A stretch of 63,827 nucleotides of DNA from Mustelus asterias. Taxonomy: Eukaryota. The notes below the pieces were generated by a model. The model was not told the DNA's origin. It was given only the letters and a program-made list of their open reading frames with translations, and did no database searches. Positions 1 to 13,135 of the stretch are shown here, one piece after another. The stretch spans positions 124,001 to 187,827 of the forward strand of contig NW_027590659.1 of NCBI RefSeq assembly GCF_964213995.1. Reading direction: 5' to 3'. Position 1 is the first letter of the stretch; every line of letters begins with the position of its first letter. The translations under genes and the position numbers were made by a program.

Positions 1-1963
1 TGTTGGAGCAGCTGAAGATGGTTGGGGCCTCGGACACTCACCCTGAGGAACTCCTGCAGGGACGTCCCAGGACTGAGAGGATCGGCTTTGAGATATTCGG
101 CACATTGGGGGAAAGGTTGAAAACCAGAGGATGCTGAATTCAGGTAAATGGCGACAGCGGCAACATGAGGAAATGTTTCTAACGTAGTGAGTGTCCAGTA
201 TCTGGAATGTACTGTCTGAGCGTGAGGTGGAAGCAGATTCCATCAAGGACTTCCAGGAGAAGTTGAATGGGAAGCTGAAGGGGAAATATTTACAGGGTGA
301 CGGGGAAAGGGTGGAGGAGTGGGAATAGTGACATTGCTCTTGCAGAGTGTCGCACTGGCTTGATGGGGCTGAATGGCCTCCTGTGCTGTCACCGTTCTAT
401 GATTCAGATGCAAGTTATCTTCTCAGTGTCTATTAGACCCCACTCTTTCCTCCATGATCAGTTACAGCATTTTAAGTTCAGATCCCAGAACGTTTTATTT
501 GGGGATTTGAGGAGTGGTGTGTTTTCCAGCCTGGCCGAGAATTTGATGCTGTAACTGAAGCCACAATTGAATGATTCTGAGGGCAGATTATGATCCACTG
601 AGACACAGCTGGCTCCAAGCTTCCCTGAAAAATGTCGCTGTTGTGTTCCCGGCCAGATGATTTCTCCGTCTTGTGTCGGCCGGCTGTGCCACAAGGATCT
701 GGACTTTGTTCCCAGATGTTCACAATGTTTATCAATGATTTGGATGTGGGGACCTAATGTAATATTTCCAAGTTTGCGGATGACACAAAGCTAGGTGGGA
801 ATGTGAGTTGTGAGGAAAATGCAAAGTGGCTTCAAGAGGATTTGGACAGACATTGTCTCTCAGTGCCTCTCTCAATCTGGCTCTCTTTCTCTCACTCCCC
901 TTGACTCTGTCATCTGTTGGTCTCTGCATCTCTCGCTCTCTCTCTCTCTCTGGGAATCTGTAAAAACATATCCACTAACATGCACACAGACAGAAACATA
1001 CACACACAAACACACACACATACGCGACTGTGAGAATTGTCACAGATCAATCCCAATATCAGTGAGTAATCTCCAATGCAATAGTTTGTGACCAGGTTGT
1101 GCAACATGCATTGAAATGTGGCAATATGGAAGTTGGTTCACTCAGTTGGCTGGACAGCTGGTCTGAGATACACAAAGTCTCCAACACGTCATGAAAGCCC
1201 AACCCTTTCAACCTTTCCCCTGGCCTGAGGTGTGGTAAATCACCGCCAGTGAGTTCTCCCCCTCAAAGGGGAGAGCAGCAGATCGTCATCTGGGACTGTG
1301 GTCACTTTCCCTTTACCGATGTTCAACTTTATTTCCCTTCCTCAATTTCTGCTCATCTCCAAGAGACTCGAGCGAAATTCACCCAATCTTTCAACACCAA
1401 TATTACACACACAATACTGGAGCAATTGGACATTTCACACAACACCCAATAGCTGGTAACAAGACCAAACAAAAACTGTTCCAAACAAGAGTGGTGGCAC
1501 CAGCTGACCCACACAAATATATAACTTGAAAGGAATATTCGTCTATCCATCCAGCTGACTCTCTTTCTCTGTCTATCTAACAGAGAGATTTTTCAGTGCA
1601 GTAACAACTGAAACAGGGTAGAATGTAGGAATAAGAAAGACAGGAACTTGTGTAAAATAAAACTGAGACACAGGTGAGTTGAGTAATGAATGAAACAAGG
1701 CCGAACACAGCAGTATCTCCGATGATGCTGAATGTAAGAGAAACAGATCAAATCTATTCCTGGGGAAGTGCAGCAACAGCTTAGAAATTGTCGGGTGTGG
1801 TGTAGATAGAGGCATGGCTGCGTGCGTTAATAACTGTGACTTCACTGAGTGCATTGGAAACAGTGACATAGTTGAGTGAAGCAATAACTAAGTAAAGACC
1901 AATTGTAGTATATACAGAGGGATGGCCCCATGCATTAAGAAGAGAAACTGTATCTAGTTTATA

Positions 1964-2255
1964 GGGGTGGCGCAGTGGTTAGCACTGCAGCCTCTCAGCG
2001 CCAGGGACCCGGGTTCGATTCCCGACTTGTGTCACTGTCTGTGTGGAGTCTGTATGTTCTCCCCGTGTCTGGGTTTCCTCCGAGTGCTCTGGTTTCCTCC
2101 CACAGTCTGAAAGACATGCTGTTCGGTGGATTGGCCGTGCTAAATTCTACCTCAGTGAAGCCGAACGGCGCCGGAGTGTGGCAACTAGGGGATTTTCACA
2201 GCAACTTCATTGCAGTGTTAATGTAAGCCTACTTGTGACACTAATAAATAACATT
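1964..2255 (+). mobile_element. tRNA-derived V-SINE (HE1-like head) with alternative 3' tail ending cactaataaat
   Basis: A-box ggcgcagtggttagcact, B-box ggttcgattccc, V-domain-like gggtttcctcc..gtgctc..gtttcctcccacagtc. Duplicate at ~26,931-27,222. Confidence 0.85.
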
Positions 2256-3029
2256 GAAACTGTATAAAGTGTTATATACACAGATACAGTGCTGAGGTAA
2301 AGAGAAATGGAGACATGTTCCACATTCATTACCCAGACATGGTCTAGTTTATTTTTTATAAAGAGTGACATGGTTAAATGCAGTGATAATTTAAGCAGGT
2401 CCCCTCCCTAACAGCACTGTTGGTGTACCTACACCACATAGACAGCAGCGGGTTCAAGACGGCAGCTCATCACCACCTTCTCCAGGGCAACTAGGAATGG
2501 GCAATAAATGCTGACCTAGCCAGTGACACCCACATCACAAGAATCAATAAATATTCATCTAACCCAGCACATTGTCCAATGAAATATCAATCCATACATG
2601 GTATTAATACAGTGAGAACTCAAAAAGGGTTGATTGTAGTGTCCACAGCAGCATGGTGTAATGTAGTATTCACTGAGACAACTGAGCGTATAAACAGCGA
2701 CTGGGTTGAGTGCAGTGATAACTGGGAAAGGAGCGAATGTCCGGGATTCTCCAGCTGTTCACTCGTGGGGAATTCTCTGCTCTCGTTCCCCTGCCTCTGG
2801 TTTCCTGCTAGCGTGAGGTGACTTCAATGGGAAATCCCATTGACAGCGACAGGACCAAAAACTCCCTCTGCTAGTGAACGGTGTGTCACCTCTCACTGCC
2901 CAGAAAGCTGCTGAGGGGAGACTGGAGGATCCCAGAAACTATGTTAAAAATAGCCATATTGGCAACAGCAGGAAAATATTACATCCCAAACTCAGTAATA
3001 TTCACAATGATATTCTCCAATCAGCTGAA

Positions 3030-4657
3030 GGGCAGAGATTACTGATACAAGACCCAGATTGTAATAACAGAGGGAGGTTTAGGGCAGAGATTACTGATAC
3101 CAGGCCCAGACTGTAATAACTGAGAGAGGTTTCGGGCAGAGTTTGCTGAATTAAGGCCCAGATTGTAATAACTGAGAGAGGTTTAGGGCAGAGTTTGCTG
3201 AATTAAGGCCCAGATTGTAATAACTGAGAGAGGTTTAGGGCAGAGTTTACTGATACCAGGCCCAGATTGTAATAACTGAGAGTGGTTTAGGGCAGAGATT
3301 ACTGATACAAAGCCCAGATTGTAATGATTGAGAGAGGTTTAGGGCAGAGATTACTGATACCAGGCCCAGATTGTAATAACAGAGAGGTTTAGGGCAAAGT
3401 TTGCTGAATCAAGGCCCAGATTGTAATAACTGAGAGAGTTGTAGGGCAGAGATTACTGACACAGTGCCCATATTGTAATAACTGAGAGAGGTTTCAGGCA
3501 GAGATTACTGATACAAGTCCCAGATTGTAATAACTGAGAGAGGTTTAAGGCAGAGATTACTGATACAACGCCCAGATTGTAATAACTGAGAGAGGTTTCG
3601 GTCAGAGATTACTGATACCAGGCCCAGATTGTAATAACTGAGAGAGGTTTCGGGCAGAGTTTACTGATACAAGGCCCAGATTGTAATAACTGAGAGAGGT
3701 TTAGGGCAGAGATTACTGATACAAAGCCCAGATTGTAATAACTGAGAGAGGTTTCGGGCAGAGTTTACTGATATAAGTCCCAGGTTGTAATAACTGAGAG
3801 ATGTTTAGGGCAGAGTTTACTGATACAAGGCCCATATTGTAATAACCGAGAGAGGTTTCGGGCAGAGTTTACTGATACAAGGCCCAGATTGTAATCACTG
3901 AGAGAGGTTTAGGGCAGAGTTTACTGATACAAAGCCCAGATTGTAATAACTGAGAGAGGTTTATGGCAGAGATTACTGATACAAGGCCCAGATTGTAATA
4001 ACTGAGAGAGGTTTCGGGCAGAGATTACTGATACAAGGCCCAGATTGTAATAACTGAGAGAGGTTTCGGGCTAAGTTTACTGATACAAAACCCAGATTGT
4101 AATAACTGAGAGAGGGTTAGGGCAGAGATTACTGATACAAAGCCCAGATTGTAATAACTGAGAGAGGTTTCAGGCAGAGTTTACTGATACAAGGCCCAGA
4201 TTGTAATAACTGAGAGAGGTTTCGGGCAGAGTTTACTGATACAAGGCCCAGGTTGTAATAGCTGAGAGAGGTTTCGGGCAGAGATGACTGATACAAGGCC
4301 CAGATTGTAATAACTGAGAGAGGTTTCGGGCAGAGTTTACTGATACCAGGCCCAGATTGTAATAACTGAGAGAGGTTTCAGGCAGAGATTACTGATACAA
4401 GGCCCAGATTGTAATAACTGAGTGAGGTTTCGGACAGAGTTTACTGATACAAGGCCCAGATTGTAATAACTGAGAGAGGTTTCGGGCAGAGTTTACTGAT
4501 ACAAGGCCCAGATTGTAATAACTGAGAGAGGTTTCGGGCAGAGTTTACTGATACAAGGCCCAGATTGTAATAACTGAGAGAGGTTTCGGGCAGAGATTAC
4601 TGATACAAGGCCCAGATTGTAATAACTGAGAGAGGTTTCGGGCAGAGTTTACGGATA
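3030..4657 (+). repeat. 52-bp minisatellite, ~31 copies
   Basis: Unit gggcagag(a/t)ttactgatacaaggcccagattgtaataactgagagaggttt(c/a), with starts at 3082, 3134, 3186... Confidence 0.97.
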
Positions 4658-4754
4658 CATGATCCCGGCAGGATTTACTGTTCGATAATCCAGCTGTTTG
4701 GCCCCGTTATGAGCACACCTTCCATGGCCATCAAGTCCGGAAGTCGGCCTTGAA

Positions 4755-5016
4755 CCCTTGAAGAATGAGAGGCGATCCCATTGAAACAGACTTAAAATTC
4801 GTACAGGGTGTGACAGGGTGGATGTAGATTGGATGTTTCCCCTGGCTGGTGAGACTAGAACCAGGGGACACAATCTCAGAATCAGGGGCAGACCATTGAA
4901 GACTGAGGTGAGGAGGAATTTCTTCACTCAGAGGGTGGTGAATCTTTGGAATTTTCTATTCCAGGGGGATGTGGAAGCCCAATCATTCAGCATGTTCAAG
5001 ACGCAAATCGATTGTG
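4755..5016 (+). mobile_element. CR1/HER1-type LINE 3' fragment
   Basis: Translates ...ETRTRGHNLRIRGRPLKTEVRRNFFTQRVVNLWN..., the CR1 ORF2 C-terminal signature. Confidence 0.9.
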
Positions 5017-5209
5017 NNNNNNNNNNNNNNNNNNNNNNNNNNNNNNNNNNNNNNNNNNNNNNNNNNNNNNNNNNNNNNNNNNNNNNNNNNNNNNNNNNNN
5101 NNNNNNNNNNNNNNNNNNNNNNNNNNNNNNNNNNNNNNNNNNNNNNNGTGTGTTTATTACTGTGTGTGTCTGAGTGTTACTGGGTGAGAATATCTGTTTC
5201 TGTGTGTTT

Positions 5210-5521
5210 TCATGGAATCCTAGACTCCTACAGTGCAGAAGGAGGCCATTTGGCCCATTGAGTCTGCACCGACCACAATCCCACCCAGGCCCTATCCCCA
5301 TTACCCCATGCATTTACCCAAGCTAGTCTCCCTGACGCGGAGGGACAATTTAGCACGGCCAATGCACCCGAACCAGAACGTCTTTCAGACTGTAGGAGGA
5401 AACCGGGGCACCCGGAGGAAACCCACGCAGACACGGGGAGAACATGCAAACTCCGCACAGACAGTGACCCAAGCCGGGAACCGAACCCGACTCCCTGGCA
5501 CTGTGAGGCAGCAGTGCTAAC
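5210..5521 (-). mobile_element. HE1-like SINE with CR1/HER1-type tail
   Basis: Reverse-complement tRNA head, V-domain and tail ggcctccttctgcactgtag. Confidence 0.85.
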
Positions 5522-5850
5522 TGTGTGTTTGATGCGTGTGGTTGTGTTTGTGTGTGTGTGCGTTTATTGTTTGTGTGCGTGTTTTGTGTGTGTGCTTTTT
5601 GTGCGTGTTTTATGTGTGCTTGTGTGTGTGTGTTTTGTGTGTGTGCGTGCTTTGTGTGTGTTGGTGTGTGCGTGTTTTGTGTGTGTTGGTGTGTGCGTGT
5701 TTTGTGTGTGTTGGTGTGTGCGTGTTTTGTGTGTGTTGGTGTGTGCGTGTTTTGTGTGTGTTGGTGTGTGCATGCTTTGTGTGTGTGCGTGTTTTGTGTG
5801 TGTTGGTGTGTGTGTTTTGTGTGTGTTGGTGTGCGTGTTTTGTGTGCGTA
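5522..5850. repeat. TG-rich simple repeat
   Basis: (gtgtgtgttggtgtgtgcgtgtttt)n-like; source of the spurious Cys/Val ORFs. Confidence 0.95.
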
Positions 5851-7519
5851 CGTGCACCATGATCTGTTTGAATGCTGGCGCTGGATCGATGGGCCAAATG
5901 GCCTACACCTGCTCCTATTTTCCTTTGAGATTTAAATACATTGACACACATGCACGCTGACACACACACACAGAAAGATATACACAGTGTGGACATATTT
6001 ATTGACCACTTAATGTGACTGAATGCTACACATCCCAGTTTACCAAAGACACACAATATTCAGCAGCATTGTAAACAGCGCAGCTGAAAACATCAAATTG
6101 GGGATTTGGTTTGAAAAAGGGTCAAAGCCTCTCTTGCTAAAGGCTGTTTGTCTATATTGTGCTGACAGTGATACACTGCCATCCTCTGCTGCCTGCTGGA
6201 CATTGCTCCAGCCGCAGAGAGAGTGAAGTAGATCAGAAACTCACTGGGAGAGAATGCAGCTTCACACAGTATCCATCCAAAATGACAGGAGCATCAGCAA
6301 CACACACAAGCTCCGTGTGGAGACTGAGAGGGGCTCAGTGTGGAACACAAACCTTCACACTAAACGTGGAAGGACATTGATAAAGAGTTTAAAACAAAAC
6401 TTCAGCAAATGTTTTGAAACATTTTGGTCCGTGGAAAAGTGCAGTGTGTAAAAAGCTGAAGATGTTTCCATTTCACATCTTCCTGCTTTGGGGAAATGGG
6501 AGTTATCTTTGCATTTACAAGGATATGGGGAGGAAGGTGTTTGAATGGACATTCAGCTTTTTGGGTGATTAAAGTGTCAATTTGTTTCCAGAAGCTGTTT
6601 ACAGTGATTGTCCCGAGAGATTGTATTGTTTCAGTGATGTCGACGTCTCCAATACTTCAGACAGAGGAAGGAAGCAATATACAAAAGGAAAGATTGGGGG
6701 AATCACTACATTGAAGGTGTGAGGCCTCATCACTCTCTGTCTGGTTTTGTTCTGAAATCTTTACATTTTTAAACACTGAAACCTCTTGCCCTTGTTGGGA
6801 ATATCACTGCGGTTTGAGAAAAGCAAACACTGATCCCACACTAAACACCCCCCCAACACAGGACTGAGCAGAGAGTGTGAAATGTGACTGGTGTCAGAGT
6901 GGATTGTCAAACTGACAGAAGGGATTTGAAAAATCTCTAAATGATTCATTGATTAAAAACTCTAACATTAATGTCCCGCATCATAAACATCTGCTTCATT
7001 ATTGTATCTTTCTTTTACAGATCAAGTGATGGGTTGAATTTTGGACGGTGTAGATTTCCCTCAGCTGATTATTAAGATTCCTGATTGACACAAATACAAT
7101 ATCTGCTGTCGGTGACTCCAACAGTGAAATTCTCTCAGTTTATCATTCTGAATCTGTCACTGAGACAATTGTGGGCGGTAGTTCAGTTTTCAGTGTGAAA
7201 TGTATACGGTAACTTTTGTTGTAATGTAATTGTAGTTAATAGTTTTCCTGTAGTTTAAATCTCAGGTATAAATTAATAACTTTTCTCGTTCCTTGTTCAC
7301 AATTGTTCATTTCCCGTGATGTTGAGCTCTGGTTTTCTCTTTCTGGTGTCTGGTACAGCTGTACAGATATTGGGCAGTTCAGAGCGGGGGGGTTCTGATC
7401 TCATTGTGAAGCTCAAAGGTCAGATTCACTTTTGTTAACTTTAAAATCAATTTTCCTGTCAAATATTCTCTGAATTTAATAAATATTGAATGGAAAATAA
7501 AATCTGACTTTGCCAAACT

Positions 7520-8233
7520 CTCTTTCTGTATTTCTCTGTTGGTGTGTTTATGTGTGTGTCTCTCTGTCTCTATCTCTCTGTGTATCTGTGCGTCTCTCTG
7601 TGTATCTGTGCGTCTCTCTGTGTCTCTATCTCTCTGTGTATCTGTGTGTCTCTCTGTTTCGATCTCACTGTGTATCTGTGTGTCTCTCTGTCTCTATCTC
7701 TCTGTGTATCTGTGTGTCTCTCTGTGTCTCTATCTCTCTGTGTGTCTGTGTGTCTCTCTGTTTCTATCTCTCTGTGTATCTGTGTGTCTCTCTGTGTCTC
7801 TATCTCTCTGTGTCTCTATCTGTCTGTGTGTCTCTCTGTCTCTATCTCTCTGTGTATCTGTGTGTCTCTCTGTGTCTCTATCTCTCTGTGTGTCTCTCTG
7901 TTTCCATCTCTCTGTGTATCTGTGTGTCTCTCTGTGTCTCTATCTCTCTGTGTCTCTATCTCTCTATGTATCTGTCTCTGTATTTCTCTGTATCTGTGTC
8001 TCTCTCTGTATATTTGTATATTTCACTCTGTCTCTGTGTTTGTGTCTCTCTCTTTGTTTCTCTCTGTCTCTATTTCTCTGTATCTGTGTGTCTCTCTGTC
8101 TCTGTACTTCTCTGGATCTGTGTCTCTCTCTCTGCCTCTGTGTGTATATCTCTCTATGTATCTGTGTGTGTCTCTCTGTCTCTGCATTTCTCTGTATCTG
8201 TCTCTGTCTCTGTGTTTCTCTGTCTCTGTGTGT
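7520..8233. repeat. TCTG/TC-rich simple repeat
   Basis: (tctctctgtgtatctgtgtg)n-like; longer in copy 2 (~32,630-33,428). Confidence 0.95.
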
Positions 8234-8579
8234 CTCGATGCTAAGGGCCTAGTATTTCAGGCTCTGACCTGAACCCACAATCTCTCTGACTCTGAGCGAA
8301 GATTACTACATTGAAGGTGTGAGGCCTCATCACTTTCTGTCTGGTTTAGTTTTGTAATCTTTACATGTTTAAACACTGAAACCTCGTGCCCTTGTTGAGA
8401 ATATCACTGCGGTTTGAGAAAAGCAGACACTGATCCCGCACTAAACACCCCCCCCAACACAGGACTGAGCAGAGTGTGTGAAATGTGACTGGTGCGAATG
8501 TGGATTGTCTTTTAAAAGTGGGTAAGAAACACTTCATTTTCAAATCTTTACCCTGCTTCTGGAGCGTCTCAGATTCCAC

Positions 8580-8735
8580 CTAATCTGCACATCTTTGGAC
8601 TGTGGAAGGAAACCGGGGCACCCGGAGGGAACCCACGCAGACACAGGGAGAATGTGCATACTCAACTCCCAACCGAGAATTGAACCCGGGTTCCTGGTGC
8701 TGTGAGGCAGCAGTGCTAAACACTGTCCACCATGT
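8580..8735 (-). mobile_element. Degenerate HE1-like SINE; empty (pre-insertion) site of the Gypsy element
   Basis: aatgtg-CATAC-tcaactccc contains CATAC once (8657-8661); in copy 2 CATAC flanks both LTRs. Confidence 0.9.
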
Positions 8736-9269
8736 AGCCGTATCCCATGTATTGGGACACGGTGAAAAGTATTGTTTCTTGCACGCTACACAGACAAAAC
8801 ATACCATTCATAGAGTCCATTTGGGAGAAGAAGAGAGGGTGCAGAATACAGTGTTGCAGTTACCGATAGGGTATAGAGAAAGATCAGCTTAATGTCTGGT
8901 AGGTCCACTCAAAAATTAACATTCTGACCAAACACTAAAGCTTTCCACAAAACAAGGCTCACAAATTCAACACCACTTTCCTTTGTCCGCTCTCCCATCA
9001 TGCTGTGCGCGGAGTCTCTGATCGATGCTAAGGGCCTAGTATTTGAGGCTCTGAGCTGAACCCACAATCTGTCTGATTCTGAGGGAAGATTACTGCCACT
9101 CAGATACAGCTGGCTGCAATATCCCCTTGAAATATATCTGTTGTGTACAGAGTCACATGTTTTTTTTCCCCTGTGTCTGCTGTCCTCAAAGAACTATTGA
9201 ATAATCTAAACATCCGCATTAATGATCACAGAACAAGGCCAACATGGGGGAATCGAGTATCAGGTTTAA

Positions 9270-9975
9270 AAGTTTATTTATTAGTGTCACAAGTAGGGTT
9301 ACATTAACACTGCAATGAAGTTACTGTGGAAAATCCGTAGTCGCCATGCTCTGGCGCCTGTTTGGGCAACTTGGGGAGAATTTAGCATGGCTGATACACC
9401 TAACCAGCGCGTCTTTCGAACTGTGGGAGGAAACCGCAGCACCCGGTGGAAACCCACGCAGACACGGGGAGAATGTACAAACTCCACACTGACAGTGACC
9501 CAAGCCAGGAATCAAACCCGGGTCCCTGGCGCTGTGAGGCAGCAGCGTTAACCACTGTGCTGCCCCTCATCGAAACATTGTGCAGTTGTGGAATGCACAG
9601 GATAGGAGGGATGTGATAGCACTGGAAAAGGTGCAGAGGAGATTCACCAGGATGTTGCCTGGCCTGGAGAGTTTTAGTTCATAGAATCATAGAATCCCTA
9701 CAGTCCAGAATGAGGCCATTCGACCCATCAAATCTGCACGGACTCTTACCCAGGCTTACCCCGTAACCCCACGTATTTTCCCGCTAATCCCCCTAACCTA
9801 TACATCGTGGGACCCTCAGGGCAATTTTGCATGGACAATGCACCCGGGGGAAACCCACGCAGACACAGGGAGAATGTGCAAACTCCACACAGACAGTAAC
9901 CCGAGGCCGGAATTGAACCCGGGTCCCTGGCGCTGTGAGGCAGCAGTGCTAACCACTGTGCTACCGTGCCGCCAC
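9270..9975 (-). mobile_element. Two HE1-like SINEs (~9270-9565, ~9680-9975) separated by a short CR1 fragment
   Basis: Reverse-complement tRNA heads (gctaaccactgtgctaccgtgccgcc) and V-domains. Confidence 0.85.
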
Positions 9976-10139
9976 TCGAACTGAAGAGAGATTTTATAGA
10001 CTGAGGGTGTGATCGTACCACCTGTTGACGCCACACTCCCGCTCAGCGAGGTCGGAGAATCTGGTGACCAGCCAAATCTCCTTTCACTGCAGTGGGATGG
10101 GAAAATCCTGCTGGCCTGAACAGTGATAAGATTCCACCC

Positions 10140-10520
10140 TGGGGTTGTTTTCCGTGGAGCAGAGGAGGCTGAGGGGGAACATGATGGAGATGGATAAGAT
10201 TATGAGGGACATCGATAGAGTAGACGGGAAGAAAGCTTTCCCCTTGGTGGTGGGATCAATGACCAGGGGGTATAGATTTAGGGTAAGGGGCAGGAGGTTT
10301 ACAGGGGATGTGAGGAAAACCTTTTTCACCCAGAGGGTGGTGGGAGTCTGGAACTCTCTGCCTGAAAGGGTGGTGGAGGCAGAGACCCTCAGAACGTTTA
10401 TGAAGTGCTTAGCTATGCATTTGCAATGCCAAGGCTTACCAGGCCGTGAGCCAAGTTGGGTGATTTGTCTTTGACCGGCACAGATGCAATGGGCCGAAGG
10501 GCCTTTTCTGTTCTCTAGAC
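10140..10520 (+). mobile_element. CR1-type LINE 3' fragment
   Basis: FSVEQRRLRGN...TRGYRF...FFTQRVVGVWNSLP. Confidence 0.9.
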
Positions 10521-11174
10521 CTCCATTGCTAAAACACAACCTCACTGACCCAGCTTCTGGTCATCCATCCAAATCTCTCCCTCCGCAGCTCGGGGACAAA
10601 TACTGCCGCGCAATCTTCCTTTGAAGTGGCTTTGGACATTTCATTCTCCGTGAGGTCTTGTCCGGATAGTGGCTGCTGTTGTTGTGTTTGTCTCAGTGTC
10701 AGCTCAGCAACATGGACAACATGTTAGAAATGGCCGTCTCCCAGTGAGTGTGAGGACAGGGCAGGCTTTGAGCAAGGCCTGGGCCGCTCCCTGAAGGACA
10801 CAGGGCCACCATTGTGCTTTTTGCTGACAAACAGAAAGCTTTCACCCCTCTCTCTCTCTCTCTCTCGTGTCTCATCTCACTCACATTCTGCCTCTTCCAT
10901 TCACTCTGTGCTGCTTTCTGGAGGAGGCTGCCAGCTTTATCCGCCACAGAGCATCTGCCAACAAGAACATCAGATGAAACCTTCCATTCCCCAAGTCCCT
11001 CTTTCCTCTCTGCTCCTCCCTGGGATGGGAAGCTGATGGGAAAAGATTTGCAGGGCTCCAGGGACAAGGTGGAGCAGTGGGACTGGCTCGATTGCTCTAG
11101 CAGAGAGTCGACACCAGCTGAATGGGCTGAATGGCCTCCTTCATTCTGTGGCTATTCTATGGTTGACACACAAT

Positions 11175-12170
11175 AGATAGTCAATATCTTTTCCCAAAGG
11201 TAGGGGAGTCTAAAACTCGAGGGCATGGGTTTAAGGTGAGAGGGGAGACATACAAAAGTGTCCAGAGGGGCAATCTTTTCACACAGAGAGTGATGAGCGT
11301 CTGGAACAAGCTGCCAGAGGTAGTAGTAGAGATGGACACAATTTTATCTTTTAAAAAGCATTTAGACAGTTACATGGGTAAGATAGATAGAGAGGGATAT
11401 GGGTCAAATGTGGGGAATTGGGACCAGCTTAGGGGTTAAAAGAAAAAGGGCAGCATGACACGTTGGGCCAAAGGGCCTGTTTCCATGCAGTAAACATCTG
11501 TGACACTATGACAACTTGTCATTTGGGTCTCAACTTCAAGTTTCTAGGTGTCCAGATCACCAACAACCTGTCCTGGTCCCCCCATGCTGACACTATAATT
11601 GAGAAAGCCCACCAACACGTCTACTTTCTCAGGAGGCTGAGGAAATTTGGCATGTCAGCTACGACTCTCACCAACTTCTACAGATGCACCATAGAAAGCA
11701 TCCTTTCTGTATCACGGCTTGGTATGGTTTCTGCTCTGTCCAAGACTGCAAGAAATTACAAAAGGTCGTGAATGTAGCCCCGTCCATCACGCAGACTAGC
11801 CTCCCATTCATTGACTCTGTCTACACTTCCCGCGGCCTTAGAAAAGCAGCCAGCATAATTAAGGACCTCATGCACACATTCTCTCTTCCACCTTCTTCCG
11901 TCAGGAAAAAGGTACAAAGTCTGAGATCACGTACCAACCGACTCAAGAACTTCCCTGCTGCCCTCAGACTTGTGAATGGACCTGCTACATATTAGATTTA
12001 TCTTTCTCTACACCCTACCTATGACTGCAACACTACATTCTGCACCCTCTCTTTTACTTCTCCCCGATGTACTCTATGAACGGTATGTTTTGTCTGTACA
12101 GCATACAAGAAACAATACTTTTCACTGTATCCCAATACATGCGACAGTAATAAATCAAATCAAATCAAAA
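11175..12170 (+). mobile_element. CR1 3' fragment (~11,175-11,510) followed by an L2/Rex-type LINE 3' fragment (~11,530-12,170)
   Basis: FTQRVMSVWNKLP; then FKFLGVQITNNLSW...FLRRLRKFG...FYRCTIESIL, ending in an (aaatc)n tail. Confidence 0.8.
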
Positions 12171-12669
12171 TCCTCCCAATTCTTTCCTCCACGATAGGTC
12201 GCAGCATTTAAAGAACACGCCCAGGGCCCAGTGCTGTGTCTGAGGGTATCTGACTGCAGTAAGGTGAGTGATACAGGAGGGTCTCACTGTCTGAGGGAGG
12301 TGAGTCTTAGCCGGGGGGGGGGCGTGAGTGACCCAGGTTAATCTGACACTCCAGGGACAGTTGGAATGGAGCTTTCCCCCGGGCTGTCCCCTCCCCGTGT
12401 CTGCGTGGGTTTCCTCCGGGTGCTCCGGTTTCCTCCCACAGTCTGAAAGATGTGCTGGTTAGGGTGCATTGGCCGTGCTAAATTCTCCCTCAGTGTAACC
12501 CGAACAGGCGCCGGAGTGTGGGCGACTAGGGGATTCTCACAGTAACTTCATTGTAGTGTTAATGTAAGCCTACTTCTGACACTAATAAATAAACTGAAAC
12601 TGAAGGTCAAGGTGCTGCTGTGACAATGCACTCTTGTTTAAACACTCTGCAATGCTGAGACTGGGAGAA

Positions 12670-13135
12670 GTGACCACCAGGGGGCAGCATTGCAGCTTCT
12701 GTCCCCCTATTGAAACTGGGATTGTTGCTCCATCTGCTGCACAATCCCAACCCCATCCACTGGGGGCAATCTGGACAATGGCTGCAGACAGACCTCACTG
12801 CGCGTGCGCCGCAATGACACCCACCGCCGGCGGCCATCTTGCGTTGCCAAGGGAGACGGCCAGCGGCCATATTCCGTTGCCAAGGGAGACGGCGGCGACC
12901 ATCTTGAGTTGCCAGGGGAGACGGCATCGATGCGGCGGCGTCTGCGCGCGCTGACCTCTGGGAGCATTCCCGTCCCGCACATGCGCACAGGCCGCCCCGC
13001 CCCCTCGACAGACCCCCCTGTTGTCCCGCCAACGAGCATGGGGCCGGGCCGGAGTGGGCAAGAGGTGACACTGGGGAGGAGCAGCCCCCCCCCCGGGAGT
13101 GTTACAGCGACGCCTGGTGGCCAGGAAGGGCAATA
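12670..13135. promoter_or_regulatory. CpG-rich promoter/insulator-like island (YY1 + RFX X-box triplet, NRF1-like sites, flanking CTCF motifs)
   Basis: CCACCAGGGGGCAG at 12,674; three ~33-bp units ccat(c/a)tt..gttgcca(a/g)gggagac (X-boxes at 12,843, 12,876, 12,908); gcacatgcgcac; reverse CTCF-like motif at 13,107-13,120. No downstream gene identified. Confidence 0.6.

Noticed and set aside
1500-1550. MDRRIFLSSYIFVWVS as a V leader exon
   Set aside because: No phase-1 donor and no V exon or RSS downstream.
1964-2040. tRNA genes
   Set aside because: A/B boxes belong to SINE heads that continue into V-domain and LINE-derived tails.
3030-4657. 52-bp array as a CRISPR array or coding repeat
   Set aside because: No unique spacers, eukaryotic context, unit length not a multiple of 3 and rich in stop codons.
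5514-8272. Long Cys/Val/Ser/Leu ORFs (also at 16.0-17.0, 30.7-33.5 and 60.3-63.6 kb)
   Set aside because: Translations of microsatellites and N runs.
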